From Setoptus koraiensis (taxonomy: Eukaryota; Animalia; Arthropoda), in contig CM106586.1 of NCBI GenBank assembly GCA_048013815.1, forward strand, positions 3,782,001 to 3,846,000: 64,000 bases of DNA, read 5' to 3'. The translations under genes and the position numbers were made by a program. The notes under the pieces were generated by a model, which saw nothing but the letters and a program-made list of their open reading frames with translations, did no database searches and was not told where the DNA came from. Shown one piece after another: positions 36,001 to 47,930 of this stretch (positions are counted from its first letter, which is position 1; each line of letters opens with the position of its first letter).

Positions 36001-36898
36001 ATTGAATGTGAGCAATAATACTAACCGATTTATAACAAATATAGTGGATGTTTGTGTTTGTTGTACTAACAACGTACTTAATATGAAAATGAATTTTTAT
36101 CATACTGATGAAAAAGAAAGCAAACTGTTAGTAAGGAGCAACTTTCCCTTCAAACAATAGTTGAGACAGTGAACAATAATCGGCATTCAATTGATGGGAG
36201 GCGTCTACATGCATTGATGGGTGTGCTCAAAGAACGGTTAGTTAGTTTGTAGCTAGATAAGCTTGTTAAGTTGAAAGTATTTGCCTATACATTTTCTTGA
36301 TTCGATTCATATTCGTTGATGCTTGATTGTTGGAAGCAGCCAGCCGGGCGACCAGCTAGCAGCTTGATAATCGTCACTTAATTTGCAAGGTTTGTTCATT
36401 CACCATGCCTCACCAGTTTGAGCAAAAGTACAAGAAATTCATTAAACTATCCATAGCAAGCCTAGAGGTGAGACAGACTCAAAATCTCGCTGCTACAGTA
36501 TGTATTATGAATCGCTCTCATATAAATTAGAACTCAACCGAGTACTGCAAACAGGTAAAAGCTAATGCTACAAAAAAGAGAGATCTTGTCATGTTTACCT
36601 GTGCGCTGAACTAAACTTCAAAATCGGAAATAGTAGTTTGCAAAAATAGTTGGAAAGGTAGCTCGCTAAAACTCTGAGCCGTGAATTGACTAATTTGGCT
36701 CAAACAACTCACTAGTTGTATTGCTAATAGTGGTAGTATATGATAGTATCGCGTGTATTTAGCGCCTAACTTCGCTTACCACTAATAAACTACGGGGATC
36801 ATTTACGAATAGCAACCAACCTAAGAGAGAAAGCAGGCGCCGAAATTTTATCGCTATATCTTCCATCTACTCTACTTACTATCTTTGCATAGACATCT

Positions 36899-36926
36899 CG
36901 ACGACGACGACGACGACGACGACGAC
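36899..36926. repeat. (CGA)n trinucleotide microsatellite, about 9 units
   Basis: Direct inspection of the sequence. Confidence 0.9.
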
Positions 36927-38235
36927 AGATATCCATGTGAAGTAGTGGGCATCATAATAAACGTCATCACTATCATATAGTTTTAGTTGTACTTAGTTGA
37001 AAGAGCAGCCACATGAATTGTGGAACTAGCATTCCACAATTCACTTGTTAGTTCACCACAGTTTCTTTTCGAAGATTACATCATCACATTGAAACACACA
37101 AATAGACAGACAAACAAACGCTCACACTGGTTCACATAAAGTCGGACTACAATTTTATAATAATCTATTTATCTCAACGTGTATATAATGTACATGTAGC
37201 AATATTGATTGATGTACTAGAAACACACCAACAATTGTTATCATTATTGTTGCAAAATTGTTGTTGTTATTGACAAAACAACATCATGACCAGTGTGTGA
37301 TAGTGGTGATTTAATTAAATGATCAGTCAATAGTATCTTCTATCTGATACCTGATATTCAACAATTATATACTTCGCTGTCGACACAACAACATCAGAAT
37401 GCCAGTAAGTCACCGTGTCAGTGAAAGTCTATCAACCTCTGTGCTATAATAGTAGCTATATATAAGAAATTACCTAGTTGTTAGCTCATATCAGTTACCA
37501 AAGCAAATAAACTTTGATCAACTGTTTCTACGAAACGAGAAGAAATAAACAAAAGACAAGGATAAATATAAAATAAACCTTGAAACAGCCAAAGAATTCA
37601 ATTGAAACAACAACAGAACAACAACACTTTCTGACTTCTTCTTATTGTAAACATTGTGTCACAATGCGTGTGTGTGTATGCGGGTTTGGTGCCGATCAAC
37701 AAGTCAATTAGCAAGCAGCTCAAGATAAGGCTCGCATCTTTACTTCAATTTATTTTTATTTTACCTGTACACATTGTATTCACTCAAGACGCTGAGTCAT
37801 ACCGTCTAGATAAACTATCAGTACTTATCGGGAAATGATTCATTTTAACTACATTTACTCATATGTGAATAGTGTAATCAGCAACAGATGATATCAATTA
37901 TAACATTTAGCACACACAAAATCAGTCATGGCCACATGAAAAGCACATTGGAAACAATTTGAGAAAACACACAACAAGCCCGAGTCTCTATCTTTATTTC
38001 GTTATTATTCAAGTCCGACAAAACTATCGGTGGAACCAATAAATCAATCGGATTTCAACGAATACCACAATTCATTATAGCGCCTCATTAATCCTACATT
38101 AGATGAAGTAGATACGCGCATTCTCTTTAGACGACGCCACCTGATAACCGCTTTCCAGAATTCTGCAAATCTTATCAAATAGCATATCTGAAATTTTTTG
38201 GACTCAAGCCTAATAATCCACCTAATACTAGCACC

Positions 38236-40521
38236 ATGGATTTGGCAATAAATTCTATTCTCAGTACACATATTAGCCCAACGGATGTGGCATTAACATG
38301 TATACTGCTCGGCATTGGAGCCTGGTACCTGATAAGCAAGAGGAATACAGCGGAGCAGGACGTAGACTTGTATTTAAAAGAGTAGGTTTTGAGAGAGTAG
38401 TACCTTTGTTACTCATTTTAACATACACAAGACATTATACAGAGTTAGACTCGTGAATTGATTATACTTCCATCGCTATCTTTCCACTTCCATAGAGTTA
38501 CATATATAGATAGCCCCGATGAAACTGGTAGGGATAGCTTATACGAAAAGATGAAGTCCACAGTAAGTCGGAACTGCCCTCTAAGCAAACTAGCCCAAAA
38601 TACTTGCTACAAAAACCTTGTTCATTAATTGTGCTGCGGCCATTTACTACTCACTGTCACTTAGGATCGTACCATGGTTGTCTTCTATGGTTCTCAAACA
38701 GGAACAGCGGAAGAATTTGCTAACAGACTCACCAAGGATGCAGCGAGGTATGGAATGAAAGCGTTAGTCGCTGATCCTGAGGAGGTAAACTTCGACGACC
38801 TGACACACATATGTAACATCCCAAATTCACTAGCAGTATTCTGTCTAGCTACATACGGCGAAGGTGATCCAACTGACAATACCCAAGAATTCTATGAATG
38901 GCTCAAGGCTGGGGAAGCTGATCTAAATAAGCTTAACTTTGCGGTGTTTGGCCTGGGAAACAAAACATACGAACATTTCAATGCTGTTGGTATTTACGCC
39001 AATGACAGACTAGCAGAAATGAATGGAAACCGTATTTGTGAGCTGGGTCTGGGTGATGACGACGGAAATATTGAGGACGATTTTATCACATGGAAAGACA
39101 AATTCTGGCTTGAAGTCTGTGACAAATTCAAACTTCATGAGGCAAAGAATTTAGTCAACTTCCGTCAATATCAACTGATAGTACATGAAAACAGGGCCGA
39201 TTTTTACGTAGATGGGAAGTCTGTTGGTCTGTTTACTGGAGAGCCTCATCGCATTGGCTCGTATGAGTCACCGAAGCCACCTCATGGACTGAAAAATCCC
39301 ATACTCTGCCAGCCAATCAATTGTCGTCAGTTATACAAGGGCAAGAGATCATGCATGCATATTGAATTTGATCTCAAACAAAAGCTTGTGGCCTATGATA
39401 CTGGTGACCATTTGGTAGTGTTTCCTGAGAATGATCCAGATTTAGTGAACAAACTAGGAGAATTGTTGAATATTGATTTGGACGAGATTATTTCAATGAA
39501 ATGCCTTGATGTGCTGACAGCTAAGAAATACATAATACCATGTCCTTGTACTTTCCGAACTGCTTTCACTTATTACGTGGACATAGCAAGCCCACCAAGG
39601 ATGCATACATTGAGAGATTTGTCTAGTTTTGCTCAAGATGAAGAACACAAGAAGTTTATGGAGCTGATTAGTTCATCAAGTGAGAAAGGAAAAGCTGAAT
39701 ACGCCAAATGGATCTTGAGCGATTGCAGGAATATTGTGCACGTGCTCACTGATTTACCCTCATTCAAGCCTCCTGCAGATCTACTAATTGAATTGTTGCC
39801 ACGTCTTCAACCTCGTTACTATTCTGTTTCATCTTCTAGTTCTGCAAATCCTAGCGTAGTTTCAATTACGGCAGTGGTTGTAGAATATGAAACTCCGGCA
39901 GGCCATGTCAACAAAGGTGTTGCAACAAACTTCTTGCAAAGAAAGACTGGTCTATTGAACAAGAATGGCTACAAGGCATCCCCTGTACCTTTGTGCTTTG
40001 TAAAATCAAACTTCAGACTGCCCTCCAAAGTGAAACTATCTCAGGATAATGCAATGCCACCAATTATTATGATTGGTCCTGGCACTGGTTTAGCTCCGTT
40101 TCGTGGTTTCCTACAAGAGATAGAGCATCTGAAGAGGAGTGAAAATTTATCTACATCAGATGTGGTATTGTATTATGGTTGTAGGCACAAAAATGAAGAC
40201 TATCTATATGAAGATGAACTCATGAGATGGAAAGAGAACGGTACCCTGACACAACTCAATGTCGCATTTTCACGGGATCAACCGGAAAAGATCTATGTGA
40301 CACATTTACTTGAAAAGAATAGAGAGGCCACTTGGGATATAATTGGAAAGCGGAACGGTTGTGTGTATGTTTGTGGTGAAGCTCGATCGATGGCCAAGAA
40401 CGTTCACCAAATTTTCAAGAATATCGTAATGGAGCAGGGACAACTCGAAGAAAAGGCTGCAGATGCTTTCCTCAAAGAGATGGCGAACAGCCGAAGATAT
40501 CAAACCGACGTGTGGTCTTGA
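38236..40521 (+). CDS. POR: NADPH-cytochrome P450 reductase copy B; exons 38236-38381, 38496-38562 and 38665-40521, 689 aa
   Basis: Exon 1 MDLAINSILSTHISPTDVALTCILLGIGAWYL matches the copy A anchor. GT-AG introns at 38382-38495 and 38563-38664 keep frame and give ...SLYEKMKST|DRTMVVFYGSQTGTAEEF. Canonical TYGEGDPTDN is present. Confidence 0.95.
38897..40483 (+). repeat. 1587-bp near-identical direct repeat, copy 2
   Basis: Matches 31408-32994. Confidence 0.93.
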
Positions 40522-41339
40522 ATCGCTCGAGAGCATTTTATGATCGACAAATCCAACAGGGTAAAGTTTATTCACTGCTGTGATAGCACGCGTATTCTCT
40601 TTTGTACAGTATTCCATGTTTCAACTTATAGATATCAATGACATTTTAGTACAATATTAAATCCACCTCACAACAATTAGATCTCTGTTCTTTCCACGCT
40701 ATTTAATGACATACTCCACCACCTTAATGTTACTATGAGACTAGAATCGGAACTCATGTTTCACTTAAATTTCTACTAGTAGATCCGCCGGTGGTTTCTA
40801 AATTTCTCGCTATTGTTCCAAACCGGGGCTCTCATTTATTCGGATTATCTGGTTCGTGACATGACAGATCTTCTATCGATTCTTCGGGCATCAATAGAAG
40901 TTGATCCGTACCGCCTTCTTTGAGTAACTTTCACATATTTTTGGAGCCATTTTTATCTCGGCGGACAGCTCTCCCCAATTGTTAAATAGTTCAGCTCAAT
41001 TTTAATCATCAATCGAGCAGAGAGTGATTTCATTATCAAAATTAACAAAAAACAATGAGTCTATCGATTGATCGGACAAAGAAACACCCAGTGCTGGCTT
41101 GTTGTGTAAACAACTATTTCAATGACAGCGTGGTTGACAAAGATCAACAACCCAATGTTCATTTGATTGTAAAATGAAAACTACGCGGTGGCGCATGACT
41201 GAATCACCAATCGTAAATCACGATCAGTTTCTGGCTGAAAAATTTTAAGTCTGTCCGAACGAAAAAAAAACAGTCCAGATTCAACAATATAAAAGTTCGA
41301 GATTCCTTTACAGTTGCCATTCTAATTATCTTTTTAAAG

Positions 41340-42302
41340 ATGGATGAATCAACTATTAACCATATGCCAACAAGTAGTACATCTGACGAACGCTCAAAGT
41401 TGCTGAAAGGTGACCTTAAACGGAAACGAGACAATAATGAAAGATGCACTGAGATTCGTCATTGCTGCCTATTCATATTCATCATGATTACGATTCTGGG
41501 CGCCTTGATTGGTCTATTCTTTCTAGTTAAATTGACATTTGATGGATGGTCCGACGAATCGTGTCAATTGATACGTTATACGCATATGCACCATAGAAAT
41601 AAAAGCATAGTAAAGAATGAGTCAAACTTGAGCAAAACTCTCCTATCCATCAAGACGTCGATCGGTTTGGACAAGAAGAGCAAAGGTTCGGGCAATTGTT
41701 CTTGTAAAGACATTCATAACGAAGAAAAACCAATCAGACAGAAGGAATCAAATCAATCGCAACCGTATTCTTATATGCAGAATATGGTTAGCACAGACAA
41801 TTTGGTTAAGCTGGACTTCCGAGGCTATGTTATTATAGAGGATCTTACACACAAATATACGTTTGTATCGAATTTAGGCAGCAAAGCTATTCTAACTCAT
41901 ACTCTAGAGAGAAATGAACCTACCCTTGCGGTCGATTTCCATTGTGGTGAAATCGTTTTCCATATCAACACAGATCTGAATAATTCATCAAGAAAATATG
42001 CAACAATAATGATAACGGGTAAGACAAACAGTGGCATAATTTATGGACACAGAGAGTTCCTTGAATGGCGCACGCCGACACTCCCGAAGCCATTATTTCT
42101 CAATATCATAGATAAAGAACACTACTACTGTGACGAGGAGAGAAATTTGAAATTGTTGATACACAAAGAGACCAACTTCCAATTGACTCTGGTTCTACAG
42201 CACTTGGAACTGGAAATCTATCGTCCGTCTAAGCAGGACAGGGATAAATTTGCAACACCAAGAGGTAGGTGTACTGACTGTCATGATGACACAATGAAAT
42301 AA
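41340..42302 (+). CDS. Single-pass membrane protein, probably type II, with a LAMP-like luminal domain
   Basis: Cytosolic-type DERSKLL, a basic run, then a hydrophobic helix at about residues 42-64. C-terminal PTLAVDFHCGEIVF and HYYCDEERNLKL...LVLQHLELEIY...F...C..C resemble LAMP-domain spacing. There is no C-terminal TM. Confidence 0.5.
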   Translation: MDESTINHMPTSSTSDERSKLLKGDLKRKRDNNERCTEIRHCCLFIFIMITILGALIGLFFLVKLTFDGWSDESCQLIRYTHMHHRNKSIVKNESNLSKTLLSIKTSIGLDKKSKGSGNCSCKDIHNEEKPIRQKESNQSQPYSYMQNMVSTDNLVKLDFRGYVIIEDLTHKYTFVSNLGSKAILTHTLERNEPTLAVDFHCGEIVFHINTDLNNSSRKYATIMITGKTNSGIIYGHREFLEWRTPTLPKPLFLNIIDKEHYYCDEERNLKLLIHKETNFQLTLVLQHLELEIYRPSKQDRDKFATPRGRCTDCHDDTMK

Positions 42303-44298
42303 TACCTTGATTAATACCTTCAATATCTAGAAGCTGAATAATAATAATGATCTATTCGTCTCGCCAACCAGGTGTCAAATGTGATGATTCATTTGTCTAA
42401 TGATGGGAAATGGAGATATTTTTTTAACCACGCACAATAGAACATATAAATATATATTAGGAATAAATAAATCATTTTAGACTCACTAGAAAACACTTGT
42501 GAAACAGTCATTCAAGACAGTTCTCTTTCTTCTTCTATTGCTGAACTTCCCTTCTTAATGAATCATTTGAATACCGATATATTTAAAAATAATATTACCG
42601 ATTCTTTGTTGAACACCAGATCAGTCTAGGTAGCAAGTATCGCGTCTTCCGACTGGAGTTCTTGGTTACATTACACCTGTGTAGCCGAAGGCACGGTTAA
42701 GTCCCAGGAAGGCATGTGAAATTGTGTAAAAGCAATACAACTTTGGTCCCCAACAAGACTCGAAATCCTCGCCAAATTCTGAAAAAAACAGCTGATAAGG
42801 CGTGAGATGTTGAGAATGTTGTATTGTGCAATAGAATTAGCGAACCCTCGCGCCAATATTGTGTACTAGCAAACGAAAGCCACACTGGCTTACCACCTCT
42901 ATCTAGACAATGTGCATTTTTGTTTTTCTCCAACGACCCCTACCGAGCGCGACATCAACATGACTCATGATACATTTTTTCTAGAAATCACCCCCCATTA
43001 ACACTCGTTGCAAGAAAAAAAAAGTAAGTCGTTGCCTTTCACTAGAAGAATGCAAAATTATTAGTCGATCGACCGAGCAGCCTCAACCTCACTGTTGATA
43101 ATTTAGCATCAGATGAAAGATCGAGAATGTTGTTAGTGCAGCATTGTAAAACTTAGTTCAGAGAGACAACAGAATACTTAGTGTAAGAAAGGATCGAAGA
43201 CATTATTTTTCAGGGCCGAGTACATCACGACTTCGAGCATAGCTTACAGTTGCGCTATATTTTTCATGCATGTAGCTGGTGAATTGATATCATTTGAGTT
43301 GTTGGAAAAATCTTGTATAAATTGGATAAATAATTAGTTACTTTAGTTCCTATAACACACAAGATATAACGCAAAGAACAAGAAGTGGCAACATATTAAA
43401 GTATTATCGTGATACTTATTACACAAATTGCATATGTGCCATTTTTAATCTTACTATATCATTATATCTATCATTACTGCTACTATTATCGCTGCTATTA
43501 TTATTGGAAAAAAGGATAACTACAAAGAAAACAGTAGCGTTCATTAATGTAATAGACCTCTAAGCGATCAACGTTGATTTTTACTCCAACACATAGGCGG
43601 AATATCCTTGAAAAACAAATCATCACTAGGAGAGTTACTTAATTCTATTTATTTAAGTAAATGCTTGAAAATACCATAGTAATCAAATCGATATTCTCTG
43701 ATCGAGCGGTAAAAATCATTAACACCCATCGGTCACAGATTGTAACTCATTACGATCTGACCTTTGCAGGAAGCTTCGTGAAAGTGCTTTCTAACGAATA
43801 GCGAAAGCGGCGCAATCAATAATTGATCTCCAGAGGCTCACAAAATGAGCATTGCATTTGTTATTATAAGCATCAACTAAAAATTCAATTTCATCATTCT
43901 TATCTGAAGGAACGTATTCAAGCGCAGTCGACTTTCTATCGTGCATTCTATTATTGCGCCTACAACTGACACCCACACATTATTGCACTAAAACAATCTT
44001 TAGAGTGTAACTAAGACCTACACCGTTTATTGAAATAGCTGTATTTTTCAGATTATATCTCACTGAAGTTTATAATCAATAATAATGGTATCCATATTTT
44101 AATCTATTATTATTATCAGTTTAGAAATAATCTCGCCAGAATGACTTAGAATATTACATCTAACTAGCTTATTATTTCGAGAAAGATTTGATTGTATTGC
44201 ACAAAATATCGTATCTAAACTCTATAATACCCAGAATAGAGGGCATCAATGGTTGATAATTTTAAGAGTGCTAAGGACAATTAAGGAATTATATTAAT

Positions 44299-45645
44299 AT
44301 GCAATCTAGACGAAGTGGTACCGAGGATAACCCGAGGAACTCCAATCAATCTTCCGAAGGTAATGGGGGCAAAGTTCATCACGTCCCAATATTCGTTGAG
44401 TCTCGCGGAAACACACTTGATGGTAGAGGCACTAGGGAGAGTTCGGGTCATAGGGATGGAGATCGGAATGAGCAACCAAGATTCAATAGTTTCACTACTT
44501 CGGCGAACCAATTGAACTTTGATGATCCTATTAATTCAAACCCAGCTTTCTCTCAGTATCGCCAATCACCGCCTTCCTTCTTCAATCAAAGCAGAAGCAA
44601 TAAAGGAGGATTTCCAAGTGCATTTGATCCGAACAAAATTTGGAATCGTTCGGAGAGTAGTTCACCAGAGTTTTCGTCTAACTTCACTACTTATAGAGAG
44701 CCTAGAATCTTCGACAACGATCCATATATGGGTGCTTTTAGTCCTGGCAAGAGTCAAAGATACGATTATTCCGGGCAGCCTGGATCTCAACAAACTCAGA
44801 ATGACTCTGCTCGCGGAACAGAGGGAGGATATAACAATCGCAAAACAACTGAACCTCTTCATCGTATGAATAGAAGGTTCGAGAAAAACTCTCGATCACC
44901 GAGTCAATCAGAGCCGGATACACCCAAATCTACTGTGATCCATGTTCCATCTCCACTTTCGGAATCGAGGGACAACGTGACCATTGTGCCTATTAGTGGT
45001 AAGAAAGCCGACTCACCTGAGGACCGACCTCCAAAGGTTATACCACTTTATTCACCAGAACCAACTGAACCTCAATCTCCTCCGCTATCAACTACACCTA
45101 TACCATTACCGCCACCGCCGAGTCTATGCAAAGCGACAGAATCAAAAGAAAAAAAATCTACATCTAATGCCATACCGTCAAGCACAATACCTCAAGAGAA
45201 AGTATTAGCAGCAGAGCCTGTACCGATCGATGAGATGTCAATAGCAAAATCTGATACACCTATTCCAATGCCACCTCCAGCTTCTGCTTCAGATCGAGAG
45301 CAACTACAACATGGGCATAGTTCGGACAAATCGCACCTGGATTCAAGCAAGCAGGACCATAGCTCTTGCGACAAAGGCGAGTCCATTCAACTGATTGCAA
45401 TCGAGAAAGTTGAAGCTGAAGCCAAGACATTATTGGCTGAAATCACTGCAACCAGTGATATGACATATAGAGACAAACAGTACAGATACTTGGACGAAAT
45501 GTTAACACGTTGCATGCTTAGACTAGACAAGATTGACTGTAGCTCTAACGAGGCGCTACGTCAAGCTCGTAAAGCTGCAATCAGAAGTGTTAATCAAGCC
45601 ATTAACCAACTAGAGTCCAAGATAGACGGTAGTTCGGACAAATGA
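44299..45645 (+). CDS. BAG-domain co-chaperone (BAG3/starvin-like), intronless
   Basis: C-terminal BAG domain (QYRYLDEMLTRCMLRLDKID...RQARKAAIRSVNQAINQLESK), IPV-like motifs (HVPIFVE, VIHVP, TIVPI, KVIPL) and PxxP-rich tracts. Confidence 0.85.
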   Translation: MQSRRSGTEDNPRNSNQSSEGNGGKVHHVPIFVESRGNTLDGRGTRESSGHRDGDRNEQPRFNSFTTSANQLNFDDPINSNPAFSQYRQSPPSFFNQSRSNKGGFPSAFDPNKIWNRSESSSPEFSSNFTTYREPRIFDNDPYMGAFSPGKSQRYDYSGQPGSQQTQNDSARGTEGGYNNRKTTEPLHRMNRRFEKNSRSPSQSEPDTPKSTVIHVPSPLSESRDNVTIVPISGKKADSPEDRPPKVIPLYSPEPTEPQSPPLSTTPIPLPPPPSLCKATESKEKKSTSNAIPSSTIPQEKVLAAEPVPIDEMSIAKSDTPIPMPPPASASDREQLQHGHSSDKSHLDSSKQDHSSCDKGESIQLIAIEKVEAEAKTLLAEITATSDMTYRDKQYRYLDEMLTRCMLRLDKIDCSSNEALRQARKAAIRSVNQAINQLESKIDGSSDK

Positions 45646-45941
45646 AAACACGACGAGGACATCATATAGATGACAAAGGAAAAAATTGTGTTGATTTTGT
45701 CGTTATACTTATTTTATTTTCAAGTTCATTTCAAATAAAATGTTTGTCGTTGTCGTCCAGCTAGGACCAAAGTCACATCTCTACTCAATGTACTTTGAAG
45801 ATTGTGTCTAAGCATTCTTGTACAAATTCCTATTTCATTCTGTTGCATCGGTTATTAATCGGCTCCAATGTGATATATGCACAATGATTTTATGGCATTC
45901 GGGTAAAAGCGGAAATGTATGTGTGTATTTCATATTTAGAT

Positions 45942-47312
45942 TCAAATGAAATGTTCGACGTTATTTTCTAGCTCCATTAGTTCCTCATTAACTTCATCAA
46001 CATTGAGTTCATCAAGTGTTAGAGTTGGTATTAAAAGGTCGATATCATGATTATCTTGAATTATATTAGGTCCAGAGAGATTTTGTTGGCTTATGGCTGT
46101 TCTCGTATCTCCATAAAGATTATTAACTGTACCATCGCTGTCCCAATAAGGATGAGTGTGGGCGCATGGACTGAGAACTGAATCATTACTGGTTTGTCGT
46201 ATATGATAATTAGTTTGATTTAACCCTCCATTAGAGTTATGAATAAAAGGATGATTGGTGCAACTAGTAGACCTCTCTATTTCGAAACCTGCATTTCTTA
46301 TGATACCCTCGCGTTTTATCATCCTCACTCTATCTTTCTCTAGATCTATTAGGTTTTCCCGTGTTAAATATGATCCTGACGAGGATGGTCTATTATCACT
46401 ACTGCTGTAAACTGTCGATGCTGATTGAGTATGTTGATGAAATGATAGCCGCGCCTGTGGTTGATGTATCGGTTGCTGTTGTTGCTGATGAGGTTGAGAT
46501 GGTGGTTGCGGTTGGTGTTGCAGCGTCTGGTGTGGTGAAGGTTGGTGAGGAGATTGGTGTTGTGGTTGTGGCTGGTGTTGCGAAGGTTGGTGTAATGATG
46601 GTGGTTGGTGTTGAGGTTGAGGTGGTGGTTGATGTTGTGTAAGCAGCTGTTGGGGCTGCGGTTGCGGCTGAAGTTGTGTTGGCTGATGTTGAGGTGGTTG
46701 TGGTTGGATTTGTTGTTGTTGTTGCTGAGGCAATGCTGGTTGATGTTGTTGTTGGTGTATGTGATGATGGTGTTGGTGGTGTGAGCGTTGATGTGTGTGC
46801 TGTTGGTAAGGTTGTGGTTGATGTTGCTGCTGGTATTGTTGTTGTAAATGAATTTGCCAATTTAATTGATTTTGATTGTTGGGCTCATTTAGAATTGCAG
46901 GAGATGAATATAAGCGAGTATGATTGACTCTTGGCGCTGGTTGCGGAGCCACCTGTTGCTGTTGTAATTGGGGTTGTTGAGGCTGTTGTTGCTGTGATTG
47001 TGTTTGCGGCGGCGGGGGTGGTGGCTGCTGCTGCTGATGAAGATGATTATTATTATTGTTATTGTTGCTATTGTTGTTGTTGTTGTTGTTGTTGCTGTTG
47101 TTTGTTTTATTATTTAGGTTTGGCTTAAAAAAGGAGGAGGGTAGATCGCGCTCTATCATTGGCTTCTGTTGATTTGGTTTGAAGTGTTGAACTTTGTCAA
47201 AGTCAAATAATTGACCAAAGATCTCATCCCTGGAACCGTATTCCTTGAGTACTCCATTGCCAGTTTGTTGTTCAATAATGTGATTTGTACTACGAGAGCG
47301 ACTGTGGGCCAT
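45942..47312 (-). CDS. yki: Yorkie/YAP-family coactivator lacking WW domains, intronless, 456 aa
   Basis: TEAD-binding block EIFGQLF...KPMIERDLPSSFFKP, 14-3-3 site HTRLYSSP, coiled-coil remnant LEKDRVRMIKREGIIR, degron-like HIRQTSNDS and an N-terminal HSRSRS. Confidence 0.85.
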   Translation of the reverse strand: MAHSRSRSTNHIIEQQTGNGVLKEYGSRDEIFGQLFDFDKVQHFKPNQQKPMIERDLPSSFFKPNLNNKTNNSNNNNNNNNSNNNNNNNHLHQQQQPPPPPPQTQSQQQQPQQPQLQQQQVAPQPAPRVNHTRLYSSPAILNEPNNQNQLNWQIHLQQQYQQQHQPQPYQQHTHQRSHHQHHHHIHQQQHQPALPQQQQQQIQPQPPQHQPTQLQPQPQPQQLLTQHQPPPQPQHQPPSLHQPSQHQPQPQHQSPHQPSPHQTLQHQPQPPSQPHQQQQQPIHQPQARLSFHQHTQSASTVYSSSDNRPSSSGSYLTRENLIDLEKDRVRMIKREGIIRNAGFEIERSTSCTNHPFIHNSNGGLNQTNYHIRQTSNDSVLSPCAHTHPYWDSDGTVNNLYGDTRTAISQQNLSGPNIIQDNHDIDLLIPTLTLDELNVDEVNEELMELENNVEHFI

Positions 47313-47877
47313 TGCTCAATCGATACCGATATCGATTTGGTGTATGATTAATTTAAAGATAATAATAATAATAATTTAGGATTTTAATAATAATTATGAT
47401 GGCAATAATGAAGTGGAGTGTAAATTAAAAAAATAAAGTAATAATAATAAATAGGGAGTCATTGATTGAGGTGAGATGAGAGGCAAGTGAATGGTTGTTG
47501 TGGTGGTCGTGGTTTCAACTGGTGCGCGTTGATGCACACTGCTAATAAGATGGCGACCACCACTGATTAGTGCACACACTAGCCTGTTGCTGCTGACCCT
47601 GCTCAACACCAGAGCACCAGCTACCACAACATCGCCAGCAACCACAGCTATAACAACCAGTGCACGCACGCACACACACAAGAGCGAAGAACAAAATGAT
47701 GATGAGAAAAGAATGTCTTTGTGTGTGTGCGTGCCTGTGTGAGCTGCCCCTCGACAAGAACACACAAGAAAGAGCCACCATGAGCCACCTCGTGAGAGAA
47801 GAGCCTGTTGCTCCCTCTCCCTCAATCGTTTTGTGCCTTCCCCCTCCCCTGGCTTGTTTGTGTGCGTGTGCTACGGA

Positions 47878-47930
47878 CTCTCTCTCTCTCTCTCTGGTAG
47901 AGTCTCCAGTGCAGAGAGAGAGAGAGAGAG
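47878..47930. repeat. Inverted (CT)9 and (AG)9 tracts with a 17-nt spacer, upstream of yki
   Basis: Direct inspection. These are GAGA-type elements followed by TATAAAA on the + strand at 47934. Confidence 0.8.

Noticed and set aside
38044-38271. Basic ORF containing WRRLKRMR, superficially RPL41-like
   Set aside because: No full match, and it lies antisense to the CPR-B 5' region.
46361-47128. Val-rich + strand ORFs and the Thr-rich alternative-frame ORF 46399-46860
   Set aside because: These are antisense or frame shadows of the poly-Q/P/H/N codons of yki.
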